A stretch of 64,000 bases of DNA from Eledone cirrhosa (lineage: Eukaryota), in the NCBI GenBank assembly GCA_964016885.1, contig OZ024741.1, forward strand, positions 351,602,001-351,666,000, read 5' to 3'. Below, in pieces: positions 12,950 to 24,899 of this stretch (the stretch's first letter is position 1; each line of letters starts with the position of its first letter). A model generated the notes under the pieces. The model was not told where the DNA came from and searched no databases. It saw nothing but the letters and a program-made list of their open reading frames with translations. The position numbers were made by a program, and so were the translations under genes.

Positions 12950-14489
12950 TCTCCATTTGGGTGTTGGAAGGGGTGTTGGGTGGGGTGGGGAAACATTTTA
13001 ACAGGACGCGGTTGATGGCTTTCTGGCAGGGGCTGCCCACGTCCTGCGAAAATTTATTTTTCAGGTCACTATAGGTCGCCATAGAGACCCTTATAAGTTT
13101 AAGGTGGGAGACGATTCTGCTTTGACGAAAGTTTTGCCCTCCGTCCCACCTTGGGGTTTTGGGAGATGACCTCCATCAAACTCTTGTTGTTTGTGTTGAT
13201 CTATGCGTATTGTTGTTTGTGTTTTTGTTGTGTTGTTTTAGTTTGTTTTCGTCCGGGAGTTTTCTTTTTATGGTGGGTGCTTGCTTGTGTTTGGGGTTGT
13301 GTTGGTGTTGGTTTTGCTGGTAGGGGGATATTTGACTATGGTGTTGTTTGTGTTGTTGTTTGTGTCTGTGGTTGTGTGTTGGTGTTGGTGATTGGAGTTT
13401 TGGGGGTTTTGTGGTGTCTTTTTTTTTTTTTTTTAGATTTCCGAGTCTCTCCTTCTTCTTCACTCAAAGAAGGGGAAGCAACCTCATCTGTTAATGAATA
13501 ATCATCGTCAGGAGTGTGGGGTAGGGGTATGTTGTGTGGTGGTGGTATTTCGGTGTGTGTGTTTTTGGTAGTGTTTGATGGAGTGGGATGGGGTGGGGCT
13601 GTGTTCTTCAGGGGTGTTGTCTGTGTTTTTTCTGTTGTTGGTGGTTGAGTGGCTGTTTGTTTTGGTGTGTTTGCTTGTTTCGTGAGTTGTTGTTGTTGTG
13701 GTGGTGGTTGTTTTGGTGTTGGTGTTGGTGTTGGTGTTGGTAACAGTGCTTTCTTTTGTATTGTTTTGGTTGATCGTGTTTGTAAATGGCAGGAGACCTT
13801 TAGGTGTGTTGTGCTACCACAGCGAAAGCAATGAAATTTACGACCGTCCACCGAAATGTTTATTTTGTTGTTGTCGTCAATGACGACTTTTTCGGGTATT
13901 TTGGAGATTCTCTCTGGCTTCATTTGCATCAGAATCTCCAAGTCAGCACTCACCCACCTTTGTCTATTAGACTTTCGTATTGAAAGAATGGCATCAGTCT
14001 CTGGCTCCACGAAGCCAGCCAAGATCCATCAGATGTTAATGTTTGGTGGTATATATATATATATATTTTTTGTGTGTCCTTTTTCCCATGTACGTAGGGG
14101 AAAATGTGAATGCTTTTGACACCATTGGTGCCACAGAATGTTTTGGGGCGAGTGCCTCGCTTTTAAACAGTACGGAAACACCTCCGTACTGTTTTCCTCG
14201 TTGGAGAAAGTCAATATTTGCTAGAGTCTCCTTCAAGGTGGCTTCTATATCTTCTTGGCTCACAAATATTGGCTTTCTCGTTGTGTTGGAGACAGTCCTG
14301 AAGGTCACTGTCCTTCGAACTGTCTCTTCTTTTATTTCGAGGGGTGAGTTGATTCTAAATCCACCCTTGTCTTCGAAAGTTACAAATTTTCTCCCTTGCT
14401 GGAGCATATCTCTTGCATTGGAGATGTCAAGATTTATAAAATCTTGTTTTTTGTTCACTGTTTCAGCGAAAGACATTTTTTTTTTGTGG

Positions 14490-14534
<45 letters not shown>

Positions 14535-14856
14535 CGTTGTTAGCCTCGGTGTTGGAAATTGAAATTTCTTGACGAGGTGAAACTTTATGTGTAGATGTAT
14601 CTATGGAGTTGTTGTCTTTTTCATGTGTATGTATATTAATAGGTTTAATTCCTGTGTTTTCCTGGGTGTTATTTTTCTCCGCTTCGACGGTAGAAATTTT
14701 AAAATCTTCAAGTGGTAATAATATTTTTTTCTCTTTGTTGACAGTCGTATCTATGGCGACGTCCATAATAGCAGAAGCAGATATAACGTTAATATCTGCC
14801 TCTTTACCTCTCTTCTCTCTGTCGACGTTCTCCCGCGTTCTTTCCGAATTATTCAT
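12950..14856 (-). pseudogene. LINE ORF1 (low-complexity N-terminus, RRM-like core, CCHC knuckle, T/P/Q-rich linker), frameshifted
   Basis: ORF pieces 14455-14856, 14036-14476 and 13336-14022 (CFRCGSTTHLKVSC) lie upstream of ORF2. Frameshifts fall at a poly-A run and a (TA)n expansion at ~14050-14066. The 3' boundary is approximate. Confidence 0.82.
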
Positions 14857-15027
14857 GTTTTATAGTTGGCAAAATTTGATTTTTTAAAACAATTTTTAAA
14901 TTAAATTTTCGCTGACAATTCAGCTTGGGGTTAATCTACAAAATGATATGTTTTTTCAAACAATTTGTTCAGTTTTTTGTATAGAGATTTACAAAAAAGC
15001 TTACCGGCGATGTTCCACGCGTCAGGC

Positions 15028-15111
<84 letters not shown>
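15028..15111. repeat. (GATA)n microsatellite between LINE copies
   Basis: Directly visible. Confidence 0.97.
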
Positions 15112-15947
15112 TTCTTTATTAGCCACAAGGGCACAAAAGAAAGGGACAAATACAAATGGGGAGTTTACATACAGGTATATGAAAATAAAGCTATTAATAC
15201 AATAACAAATAACAATTGAAATCCCCAATAGTAGGGGGGGGGTTACACAGGGGTTGTACACACCCCGAAAAAATGTACAACCCTCATCTCCAGGAGCACC
15301 AAGAGTGAGTACTCCCTTCCTCTCTTCCTCTTTTTCTTCAACCTACAGGCTTATATAGAGAGAAGGCCCAACCACTCGAGCCATCTTTGCCACATTCACC
15401 CACCTTTTATAAAATTTGCTGGGGTATAGCACCTCCCTCTCCATCCTGATTCTTCTTCCAAAATGATATTTGAAAAAACGAATCAGTTGCTCGCCGGAGA
15501 GAAAGGTGTCTGACCTCAGCCCTTTTAACCTCGTCCATCATATAACCTCTTTCACCATAGCCATAACACATAGGAAAACCGACTCTCCCTCGTTTTTTGA
15601 AGGAGGGTGGCGGTTTGATCATGACAATGGACTCGTGGTCAACTGGATTGGTCCCACCCGCGACAATAGTCGTTCTACATAGCCCCACAGGTCGGTAACG
15701 CCCGGGCAGTGTACGAATGCGTGTGCGACGGTTTCCTCGTCATGCACGCATCTCGGACAGATCTTTTTCGTCGGGTCCCTACCCGGGCGCCCGTGTCTGT
15801 AAAGCTTGTCTCGAACTAGTAGAGCTCCTCGGTTGTCCATTGGTCCCGGGCGGAAGGTCCTACCGAACAGACTGGCCAGTTCGTCCTCCTCTACGCCTAG
15901 AGTTTCTCCGAGCGTGTCGTCGCACTTGCTGCGGACCAACCCTCTAT

Positions 15948-15948
<1 letters not shown>
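15112..15948 (-). mobile_element. More diverged 5'-truncated copy of the same Tx1-type LINE family
   Basis: LGETLGVEEDELASLFGRTFRPGPMDN..CPRCVHDEETVAHAFVHC and the same 3' end (cttgtggctaataaagaaat). It has an internal deletion of about 10 codons. Confidence 0.9.

Positions 15949-16022
<74 letters not shown>
15949..16022. repeat. (GATA)n microsatellite at the 5' junction of the third LINE copy
   Basis: Directly visible. Confidence 0.97.
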
Positions 16023-16023
<1 letters not shown>

Positions 16024-16194
16024 ATAATTGATTGGTTGAGTAATAGACAAACAGACATATAAATTTGCATGTATGAACATATATATATATGCATGTATAT
16101 ATACGTCTGTTTGTATGTATATGTATATAAATATATGTTGACGATAAAAACAAACATCGAATGTTTATTACTTGTAGCAACATGTTTGACACGC

Positions 16195-16652
16195 ACATAA
16201 AGATTATGTGAGAAAACTATGCCAAGAGCTCTTCTGTTTATTTTCACACTCTTTTGTTATACATACATACATACATTCGAAAGAGTACTGGTGGAATGTT
16301 CCAGTCAAAACCCCAATAAAATGCAGGCATAACAGACCAGATATTATGATATGGGACAGGGAGAAGAAAACATGCACAGTAGTGGAACTCAGCTGCCCAG
16401 CAGATGCCAATATAATATTGAAAATTAGCGAAAAGGAGAATATCTATGCAGATACTCCAGCCTGATTACACCTTCAGATTTATGCTTGTGCTTATTGGAG
16501 CACTGGGATATGTTAGTAACTGCTTCAGTACAAATCTTGAGAAGCTTTGCTTCACAGGAACAGAAAGAACACAACTAGTTAGGAAATTACAAGTACAATC
16601 CATTAATGGAACAGTAAAAATATGTAAAACATTCCAAAGATTTTGCATCTAA
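16195..16652 (+). mobile_element. R4/Dong-like non-LTR retrotransposon 3' fragment (restriction-like endonuclease)
   Basis: YWWNVPVKT..HNRPDIMIWDREKKTCTVVELSCPAD..K..EK..Y and IGALG..GTVKI fit a PD-(D/E)xK REL domain, frameshifted. Confidence 0.8.
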
Positions 16653-16984
16653 TAACTGCATATACACATGTACAGATACAATGCATATACGCATGCACAC
16701 ATACAACTCAAAACATCCACCTCCACACATACAATAACATCCATACCTGCACACACATGCATGCAGACATGCATACATATCTAGCTGATTGATGCTTAAA
16801 TTCCAATGAGAGAGCCATACGGCATTTTTACTTGGGAGAGGAGGGGGCATTGAAAACATGGTGGAACCCATCCCTCTCCAGGTCTGAACACAACAGATTT
16901 CTTCAGAGAAGGATAGAGAGAGGGGGAGGAGAGAGGGAGAGAGAGAGGTAGAAAGAGGGGGAGAGAGAGAGGGGGAGAGAGAGT

Positions 16985-17148
<164 letters not shown>

Positions 17149-17219
17149 AATTCTTATTTCATTTATATATATATATCAAAATGAAAATCCGAAGGCAAGG
17201 TAAAATTCCAATCATTTAA

Positions 17220-17293
17220 TCACGACACATGTTTCAATAAGAGATAGATCGATTGTGAAGCCATGATCGATTATCACTGATCTCATCAGGTGA
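17220..17293 (-). ncRNA. Type I hammerhead ribozyme motif with a canonical core
   Basis: Minus strand: TCAC-CTGATGA-[47-nt hairpin]-GAAAC-ATGT-GTC-GTGA. Helix I is TCAC/GTGA, the cleavage triplet is GUC, and helix III contains the palindrome ACATGT. Confidence 0.78.
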
Positions 17294-17503
17294 AAATGAA
17301 TTGTCTTCAAATTCTTGATATGAGGGAGAAAAATAACGATGTTCTCTCACAGAATTCATTCCCTCATATGAAGACACAACATGGAATTGGAGATATACAA
17401 AAGCGTGGAGAACTTAATATTGCTAACATAAATTTATTGGTCCATTTTACACAACCATTAATGCACCTTACTATATAACAACTATATATATATATATAAT
17501 ATA

Positions 17504-17537
<34 letters not shown>

Positions 17538-17691
17538 ATAACACAAGTAGGAAGTGACCATATGGTTGTATGAAACATATATAAACATGTATATGCTTAT
17601 ATACACAGACACACCTGCACGCGCGCAAACACAGACACACACACACATACACACATATATATATTCACATATATTTTTTATTATATATAAG

Positions 17692-18660
17692 ACTAGCAGA
17701 TGTACCCGACGTTGCCCGAGTTAAAGAAAATAATGAAATTTCATTCAAAACTATTTCTATGATATATTTGAAACTTCTAATATAGCTGTTTCTTGTATTT
17801 AATATTTCTTGTAGTTGCAATATGATTTCATACTTTGTTTCATTCTTCCCGTCATGTCTTTTCTTTGCCTGGTTTTTCATTATCACTGATGAAATACAGT
17901 TGTAAATATTTTGGTTCTTCTTCTGAATGTAGCTGAAGTGGTCCAATTAGGTGGAACACTTGCCCTTGGATCTTAAAAGTAGGCATAAATCTACTTTCAT
18001 GGATGACGTTTGCACCAAATGATGTTATTTGGAATGCATTGTTATACTTCTGGATATTTTGAAGAAAGTGTTTTGATCTTGTGGTTGTACCAATTAGCAG
18101 TCCTCTCAAGAGTTCTAGTGGCTCACGTAATATTTTAAACTTAATCTTTCCATTTGAACAACACAATCCAGTTGACTCACCATTCCATTTTTTAGCACCA
18201 CAATTTGGATAAATTTTGTTCATTGAGGAAATTCGAATTAAATGTTCTGAGGCATAGTTCTGATGTGAATTGTAACAAAAAGCAGCACACTTCCATTCGA
18301 CAACCTTTTTAAATCGTAAATCTTCTATTCTTGCTCTCTGTTCACATAGCTTTTGAGTTACTTGAGCTTCAGTTTCTTCATGCCACCTTTGAGCTGCTCT
18401 ATTTCTCTCCATTTGCTGTCTTGGTGATTTTCGTACATCTGATTCCTTTTGACGAATAGTTGCTTACATTGCCCTATCTACAGCAAGCCTTTTTTATCTT
18501 TGTTCTTCTCATTCATCCTGTCTATTCTGTACACTTCTTCTTTGTTGTTGAAATCTTGATGATCTTTGTGCATCTGATTCATCCTCTCTGTTTTGTGCTG
18601 TGGTTTCGTACATCTTCTGTTCTTGCCTTCTGTTTACATGACGCCTTTGAGCTTCTCTAT
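17692..18660 (-). mobile_element. Internally deleted Helitron (RepHel N-terminal region joined to a 3' terminus)
   Basis: ORF 17852-18412 reads C.AKKWNGE..GLCCSNGK..F..NI.KYNNAFQITSFGA..FKIQGQVFHLIGPL..YLQLYF. The minus strand ends with the hairpin ctcgggcaacgtcgggta followed by CTAG|T at ~17692. Confidence 0.88.
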
Positions 18661-19300
18661 TTCTGGATCAGGAAGCACGTTCTCCGTTTTGCATTGACCA
18701 TCGAGTTCTTTATAAAACTGAGACGGGCTTGATCGAAAAAGTTTATTTTGGTAGAATTGTTGTTATTGATTTTCGAAATTCCGCATCTTCAGATTGCCAC
18801 ATTGTAATTTTGTCTTAAGCTGACTGATCACACCAATATAGCCTACAGCTTCAAGATCAGAATTTTTGCTGGATGTAGCTCTAGAGGTCAGCTTGGTTTC
18901 CCTTCTTTAATTCTTCCAGGAGACTAAGATCTTTTCTCTAGTCAATTATATTTCTCTCAATTCTACGTTTCCAGAATGGAGCTTCTATTTTTTCCCGTTT
19001 ACCCTTTTGAGGGGCTGCACTGTTAGGCTGCTTTCAGTAATGTTGTTGGCTGATTTTATCTCAGCCTTGATCTTATCCCATTTGACGTTTTACATGGACG
19101 AGATCACCTGTGGTAAGCCACCTTGATAGACATCTCTTAACCTTGCTAATAAATTCCTTTCCTCTTCAGTCAACACCCTGATGTTATCATTTTCATTATT
19201 AATGTCTCAACTCTGAAGTTTCACCACCGGTTCGGCTAGATGAGATGACATGGTACCTCTTACTTCCTCAACTTCAATAATGTTTTCCTTAATAGCAAGT
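18660..19300 (-). mobile_element. Degenerate R4/Dong-like LINE fragment (region N-terminal to RT)
   Basis: My multi-frame translation gives EAPFWKRRIERNI..RKDLSLLEE..QFYQNKLF..FY/ELDGQ..VLPDPE, resembling the pre-RT region of R4-clade elements. Confidence 0.55.
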
Positions 19301-19823
19301 TCTTCAGGGGGCTACATTTAATTCTATTTTGCACCTATTAAGTTTCTGGTAGCATCGTTTGGGGTAGGAGTGAAATGGCTAGTTTTGTTTAAAAACTTTT
19401 GGCACTTTTCATATCTCCGGATTCTTTGTGCCTTTGCAAGTATTTGTTGTTTTGGTTATTCCTTAGTCTCCAGGATTTCCTTTTCTGTTATATTATATTT
19501 CTTTGGGATTTTTATCTTCTTCCTATTCCTAGTTTTGTTGTTTTCTCTCCTATTTAATTTAAGATTGAGAGGTTTTTCTTATATTTTTAATCTTTTTATC
19601 TATCTTTTATTTCCATGTTTGAGAGGGTTTTCTTTTTCTTTTTCTTTTTCTAAGGGGATACCTACTTTCTTTCGTAACAACAGCGGCTGCTACGATATTA
19701 TATTATTTAGCCTTGTGATACTAATGGTTTTATTCCTGTGATACTAAACGTTTAAATATGTATCTCCTTAAATTTACTTGTTTGTTGACAAGCAAGTTTG
19801 TTTTGAAACAGCGAGTGAGTTTG

Positions 19824-20028
19824 AAATTAGAAATAGAAGCTTTCGCCGTATTTTTTACTAAAGAAATTTTAGCCTGATAGTGGGGTTTAGAACCCTTTAA
19901 GAAATGGAAAACGATGAGTCTTGTATGTCAATACTCATCTTTTTCTATTTTTTAGAGGGTTCTAAACCCCACTATCAGGCTAAAATTTCTTTAGTAAAAA
20001 ATACGGCGAAAGCTTCTATTTCTAATTT
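19824..20028. repeat. ~205-bp fold-back palindrome
   Basis: 19824-19896 is the exact reverse complement of 19956-20028. Imperfect pairing continues inward to a loop of a few bases. Confidence 0.93.
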
Positions 20029-20597
20029 GTGTTTTCATTTTTAGGATATAGTGTTGCCATAAAATATGTATGTAGAATAGAAGCATATTCCTCATGTATC
20101 CAATTGTAACTTTTTGATTTTATTAGTGGCACACATGACTGGAAAGCTCCATCACTTAGAATGTTATCATTTTTGTGCTTCTAAATTTGTACGGTTTTGT
20201 TCGCAAAGTCCTTACGATTATTTTTTTTTTAAGTTCAAAGAACGAACGACTATACATCTATGTGATTCTTATATCTTACATCTTTCGCTATTTCTATAAT
20301 ATAAGCCCATGTAATACAATCGATAACTTTTATGTTACTAACATGCACACGAACCCCTTTTTTATTTGTTTGTCTGTTCTCCGTTTCTTGTTTTTTTTGT
20401 TTTTTTTTCTTTTTTCTTGTTATTTTGTAACTATTAACATTTTGTAATATTTCTTTCTTTAAGGCGACACATTTCCGAGGTAACTGGTCGTTTTCACTTT
20501 ATCTTTGGCCCCTAAAGCTGTATTTCTTTTGTGGCTTCGCCACACAATGAATCTATTGTCGTGTGCCTCGATTTCTTCTTCTAGGAAGAACTTCAAC

Positions 20598-23500
20598 ATG
20601 CAGGAGAAAAACGAGAGGGGCGACGTCCCCACCAACGTTACGATTGTCAGCACCAAAACTACAGACATCAACAAGGCCACTGTCACCACCACAACTACAG
20701 ACATCAACAAGGCCACTTTCACCACCACAACTACAGACATCACCAAGGCCAATGTCACCACCACAACTCCAGACATCAACAAGGCCATTGTCACCACCAC
20801 AACAACAGACATCAACAAGGCCACTTTCACCACCACAACTACAGACATCACCAAGGCCAATGTCACCACCACAACTGCAGACATCACCAAGGCCAATGTC
20901 ACCACCACAACTACAGACATCACCAACAAGGCCACTGTCACCACCACAGCTACAGACATCAACAAGGCCATTGTCACCACCACAACTACAGACATCAACA
21001 AGGCCACTGTCACCATCACAACTACAGACATCACCAACAAGGCCACTGTCACCACCACAACTACAGACATTAACAAGGCCATTGTCACCACCACAACTAC
21101 AGACATCAACAAGGCCACTTTCACCACCACAACTACAGACATCACCAAGGCCAATGTCACCACCACAACTACAGACATCAACAAGGCCACTGTCACCACC
21201 ACAACAACAGACATCAACAAGGCCATTGTCACCACCACAACTACAGACATCAACAAGGCCACTGTCACCACCACAACTACAGACATCAACAAGGCCACTG
21301 TCACCATCACAATTACAGACATCAACAAGGCCACTGTCACCACCACAACTACAGACATCAACAAGGCCATTCTCACCACCACAACTACAGACATCAACAA
21401 GGCCACTGTCATCACCACAACTACAGACATCAACAAGGCCACTGTCACCATCACAATTACAGACATCAACAAGGCCACTGTCACCACCACACCTACAGAC
21501 ATCAACAAGGCCACTGTCACCATCACAACTACAGACATCAACAAGACCACTGTCACCACCACAACTACATACATCAACAAGGCCACTGTCACCACCACAA
21601 CTACAGATATCACCAAGGCCACTGTCACCACCACAACTACAAACATCACCAACAAGGCCACTGTCACCACCACAACTACAGACATCAACAAGGCCACTGT
21701 CACCGTCACAACTACAGACATCACCAAGGCCACTGTCACCACCACAACTACAAACATCACCAACAAGGCCACTGTCACCACCACAACTACAGACATCAAC
21801 AAGGCCACTGTCACCATCACAACTACAGACATCAACAAGGCCACTGTCACCATCACAACTTCAGACATCAACAAGGCCACTGTCACCAACACAACTACAG
21901 ATATCAACAACGCCACTGTCACCACTAAAACTACAGACATCAACAAGGCCACTGTCACCACCACAACTACAGACATCAACAAGGCCACTGTCACCACCGC
22001 AACTACAGACGTCAACAAGGCCACTGTCACCACCACAACTACATACATCAACAAGGCCACTGTCACCACCACAACTACAGACATCACCAAGGCCACTGTC
22101 ACCACCACAACTACAGACATCACCAAGGCCACTGTCACCACCACAACTACAGACATCACCAAGGCCACTGTCACCACCACAACTACAGACATCAACAAGG
22201 CCTCTGTCACCATCACAACTACAGACATCACCAACAAGGCCACTGTCACCACCACAACTACAGACATCAACAAGGCCACTGTCACCACCACAACTACAGA
22301 CATCAACAAGGCCACTGTCACCACCACAACTACAGACATCAACAAGCCCACTGTCACCACCACAACTACAGACATCAACAAGGCCACTGTCACCACCACA
22401 ACTACAGACATCACCAAGGCCACTGTTACCAGCACAACTACAGACATCAACAAGGCCACTGTCACCACCACAACTACAGACATCAACAAGGCCACTGTCA
22501 CCACCACAACTACAGACATCAACAAGGCCACTGTCACCACCACAACTACAGACATCAACAAGGCCACTGTCACCACCACAACTACAGACATCAACAAGAC
22601 CACTGTCACCACCACAATTACAGACACCAACAAGGGCACTGTCACCACCACAACTACAGACATCACCAAGGCCACTGTCACCACCACAACTCCAGACATC
22701 ACCAAGGCCACTGTCACCACCACAATTACAGACATCAACAAGGGCACTGTCACCACCACAACTACAGACATCAACAAGGCCACTGTCACCACCACAACTA
22801 CAGACATCAACAAGGCCACTGTCACCACCACAACTACAGACATCAACACGGCCACTGTCACCAGCACAACAACAGACATCAACAAGGCCACTGTCACCAC
22901 CACAACTACAGACATCAACAAGGCCACTGTCACCAGCACAACTACAGACATCAACAAGGCCACTGTCACCACCACACCTACAGACATCAACAAGGCCATT
23001 GTCACCACCACAACTACAGACATCACCAACAAGGCCACTGTCACCACCACAACTACACATATCAACAAGGCCACTGTCACCACCACAACTACAGACATCA
23101 ACAAGGCCACTTTCACCACCACAACTCCAGACATCACCAAGGCCACTGTCACCACCACAACTACAGACATCAACAAGGCCACTGTCACCAGCACAACTAC
23201 AGACATCAACAAGGCCACTGTCACCACCACACCTACAGACATCAACAAGGCCATTGTCACCACCACAACTACAGACATCACCAACAAGGCCACTGTCACC
23301 ACCACAACTACACATATCAACAAGGCCACTGTCACCACCACAACTACAGACATCAACAAGGCCACTGTCACCACCACAACTACAGACATCAACAAGGCCA
23401 CTGTCACCACCACAACTACACATATCAACAACGCCACTGTCACCACCACAACTACAGACATCAACAAGGCCACTGTCACCACCACAACTACAGACATCAA

Positions 23501-24899
23501 CAAGACAACTGTCACCACCACAACTACAGACATCACCAAGGCCACTGTCACCACCACAACTACAGACATCAACAAGGCCACTGTCACCACCACAGCTACA
23601 GACATCAACAAGGCCACTGTCACCACCACAACTACAGACATCAACAAGGCCACTGTCACCATCGCAACTACAGACATCAACAAGGCCACTGACACCACCA
23701 CAACTACAGACATCAACAAGGCCACTGACACCACCACAACTACAGACATCAACAAGGCCACTGTCACCACCACAACTACAGACATCAACAAGGCCACTGT
23801 CACCACCACAACTACAGACATCAACAAGGCCACTGTCACCACCACAACTACAGACATCAACAAGGCCACTGACACCACCACAACTACAGACGTCAACAAG
23901 GCCATTGTCACCACCACAACTACAGACATCAACAAGGCCACTGTCACCACCACAACTACAGAAATCAACAAGGCCACTGTCACCACCACAACTACAGACA
24001 TCAACAAGGCCATTGTCACCAACACCACTACAGACATCAACAAGGCCACTGTCACCACCACAACTACAGACATCAACAAGGCCACTGTCACCACCACAAC
24101 TACAGACATCAACAAGGCCACTGTCACCACCACACCTACAGACATCAACAAGGCCACTGTCACCACCACAACTACATACATCAACAAGAACACTGTCACC
24201 ACCACAACTACAGACATCAACAAGGCCACTGTCACCACCACAACTACAGACATCACCAAGGCCACTGTCACCACCACAACTACAGACATCAACAAGGCCA
24301 CTGTCACCACCACAACTACAGACATCAACAAGGCCACTGTCACCACCGCAACTACAGACATCAACAAGGCCACTGTCACCACCACAACTACATACATCAA
24401 CAAGGCCACTGTCACCGCCACAACTACAGACATCACCAAGGCCACTGTCACCACCACAACTACAGACATCACCAACGAGGCCACTGTCACCACCACAACT
24501 ACAGACATCAACAAGGCCACTGTCACCATCACAACTACAGACATCAACAAGGCCACTGTCACCATCACAACTTCAGACATCAACAAGGCCACTGTCACCA
24601 ACACAACTACAGATATCAACAACGCCACTGTCACCACTAAAAACTACAGACATCAACAAGGCCACTGTCACCACCACAACTACAGACATCAACAAGGCCA
24701 CTGTCACCACCACAACAACAGACATCAACAAGGCCACTGTCACCACCACAACTACAGACATCAACAAGGCCACTGTCACCACCACAACTACAGACATCAA
24801 CAAGACCATTGTCACCACCACAACTACAGACATCAACAAGGCCACTGTCACCACCACAACAACAGACATCAACAAGGCCACTGTCACCACCACAACTAG
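20598..24899 (+). CDS. Possible Thr-rich repeat ORF (MQEKNERGDVPTNVTIVST + [TTTTTDINKATV]n); coding status unproven, probably the N-terminus of a decayed LINE ORF1
   Basis: caacATG at 20598 is in frame with the Thr-rich frame. A +1 frameshift occurs at ~24640. Open frames are expected here from the unit's composition alone. Confidence 0.25.
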   Translation: MQEKNERGDVPTNVTIVSTKTTDINKATVTTTTTDINKATFTTTTTDITKANVTTTTPDINKAIVTTTTTDINKATFTTTTTDITKANVTTTTADITKANVTTTTTDITNKATVTTTATDINKAIVTTTTTDINKATVTITTTDITNKATVTTTTTDINKAIVTTTTTDINKATFTTTTTDITKANVTTTTTDINKATVTTTTTDINKAIVTTTTTDINKATVTTTTTDINKATVTITITDINKATVTTTTTDINKAILTTTTTDINKATVITTTTDINKATVTITITDINKATVTTTPTDINKATVTITTTDINKTTVTTTTTYINKATVTTTTTDITKATVTTTTTNITNKATVTTTTTDINKATVTVTTTDITKATVTTTTTNITNKATVTTTTTDINKATVTITTTDINKATVTITTSDINKATVTNTTTDINNATVTTKTTDINKATVTTTTTDINKATVTTATTDVNKATVTTTTTYINKATVTTTTTDITKATVTTTTTDITKATVTTTTTDITKATVTTTTTDINKASVTITTTDITNKATVTTTTTDINKATVTTTTTDINKATVTTTTTDINKPTVTTTTTDINKATVTTTTTDITKATVTSTTTDINKATVTTTTTDINKATVTTTTTDINKATVTTTTTDINKATVTTTTTDINKTTVTTTITDTNKGTVTTTTTDITKATVTTTTPDITKATVTTTITDINKGTVTTTTTDINKATVTTTTTDINKATVTTTTTDINTATVTSTTTDINKATVTTTTTDINKATVTSTTTDINKATVTTTPTDINKAIVTTTTTDITNKATVTTTTTHINKATVTTTTTDINKATFTTTTPDITKATVTTTTTDINKATVTSTTTDINKATVTTTPTDINKAIVTTTTTDITNKATVTTTTTHINKATVTTTTTDINKATVTTTTTDINKATVTTTTTHINNATVTTTTTDINKATVTTTTTDINKTTVTTTTTDITKATVTTTTTDINKATVTTTATDINKATVTTTTTDINKATVTIATTDINKATDTTTTTDINKATDTTTTTDINKATVTTTTTDINKATVTTTTTDINKATVTTTTTDINKATDTTTTTDVNKAIVTTTTTDINKATVTTTTTEINKATVTTTTTDINKAIVTNTTTDINKATVTTTTTDINKATVTTTTTDINKATVTTTPTDINKATVTTTTTYINKNTVTTTTTDINKATVTTTTTDITKATVTTTTTDINKATVTTTTTDINKATVTTATTDINKATVTTTTTYINKATVTATTTDITKATVTTTTTDITNEATVTTTTTDINKATVTITTTDINKATVTITTSDINKATVTNTTTDINNATVTTKNYRHQQGHCHHHNYRHQQGHCHHHNNRHQQGHCHHHNYRHQQGHCHHHNYRHQQDHCHHHNYRHQQGHCHHHNNRHQQGHCHHHN

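Larger units (their letters stand above)
9218..15027 (-). mobile_element. Near full-length Tx1/L1-clade non-LTR retrotransposon (~5.8 kb), decayed
   Basis: 5' UTR, ORF1 with a CCHC knuckle, ORF2 with APE endonuclease, RT and C-terminal zinc finger, and a 3' UTR with AATAAA. (GATA)n lies on both sides. Confidence 0.93.

Noticed and set aside
8515-14887. Plus-strand ORFs over the LINE copies (e.g. 8559-9083, 9405-9929, 10266-10739, 14043-14543)
   Set aside because: They are antisense shadows of the minus-strand LINE ORFs.
19370-20447. Hydrophobic Phe/Leu-rich ORFs as membrane proteins
   Set aside because: They are explained by T-rich low-complexity sequence, with non-ATG starts and no recognisable domain.
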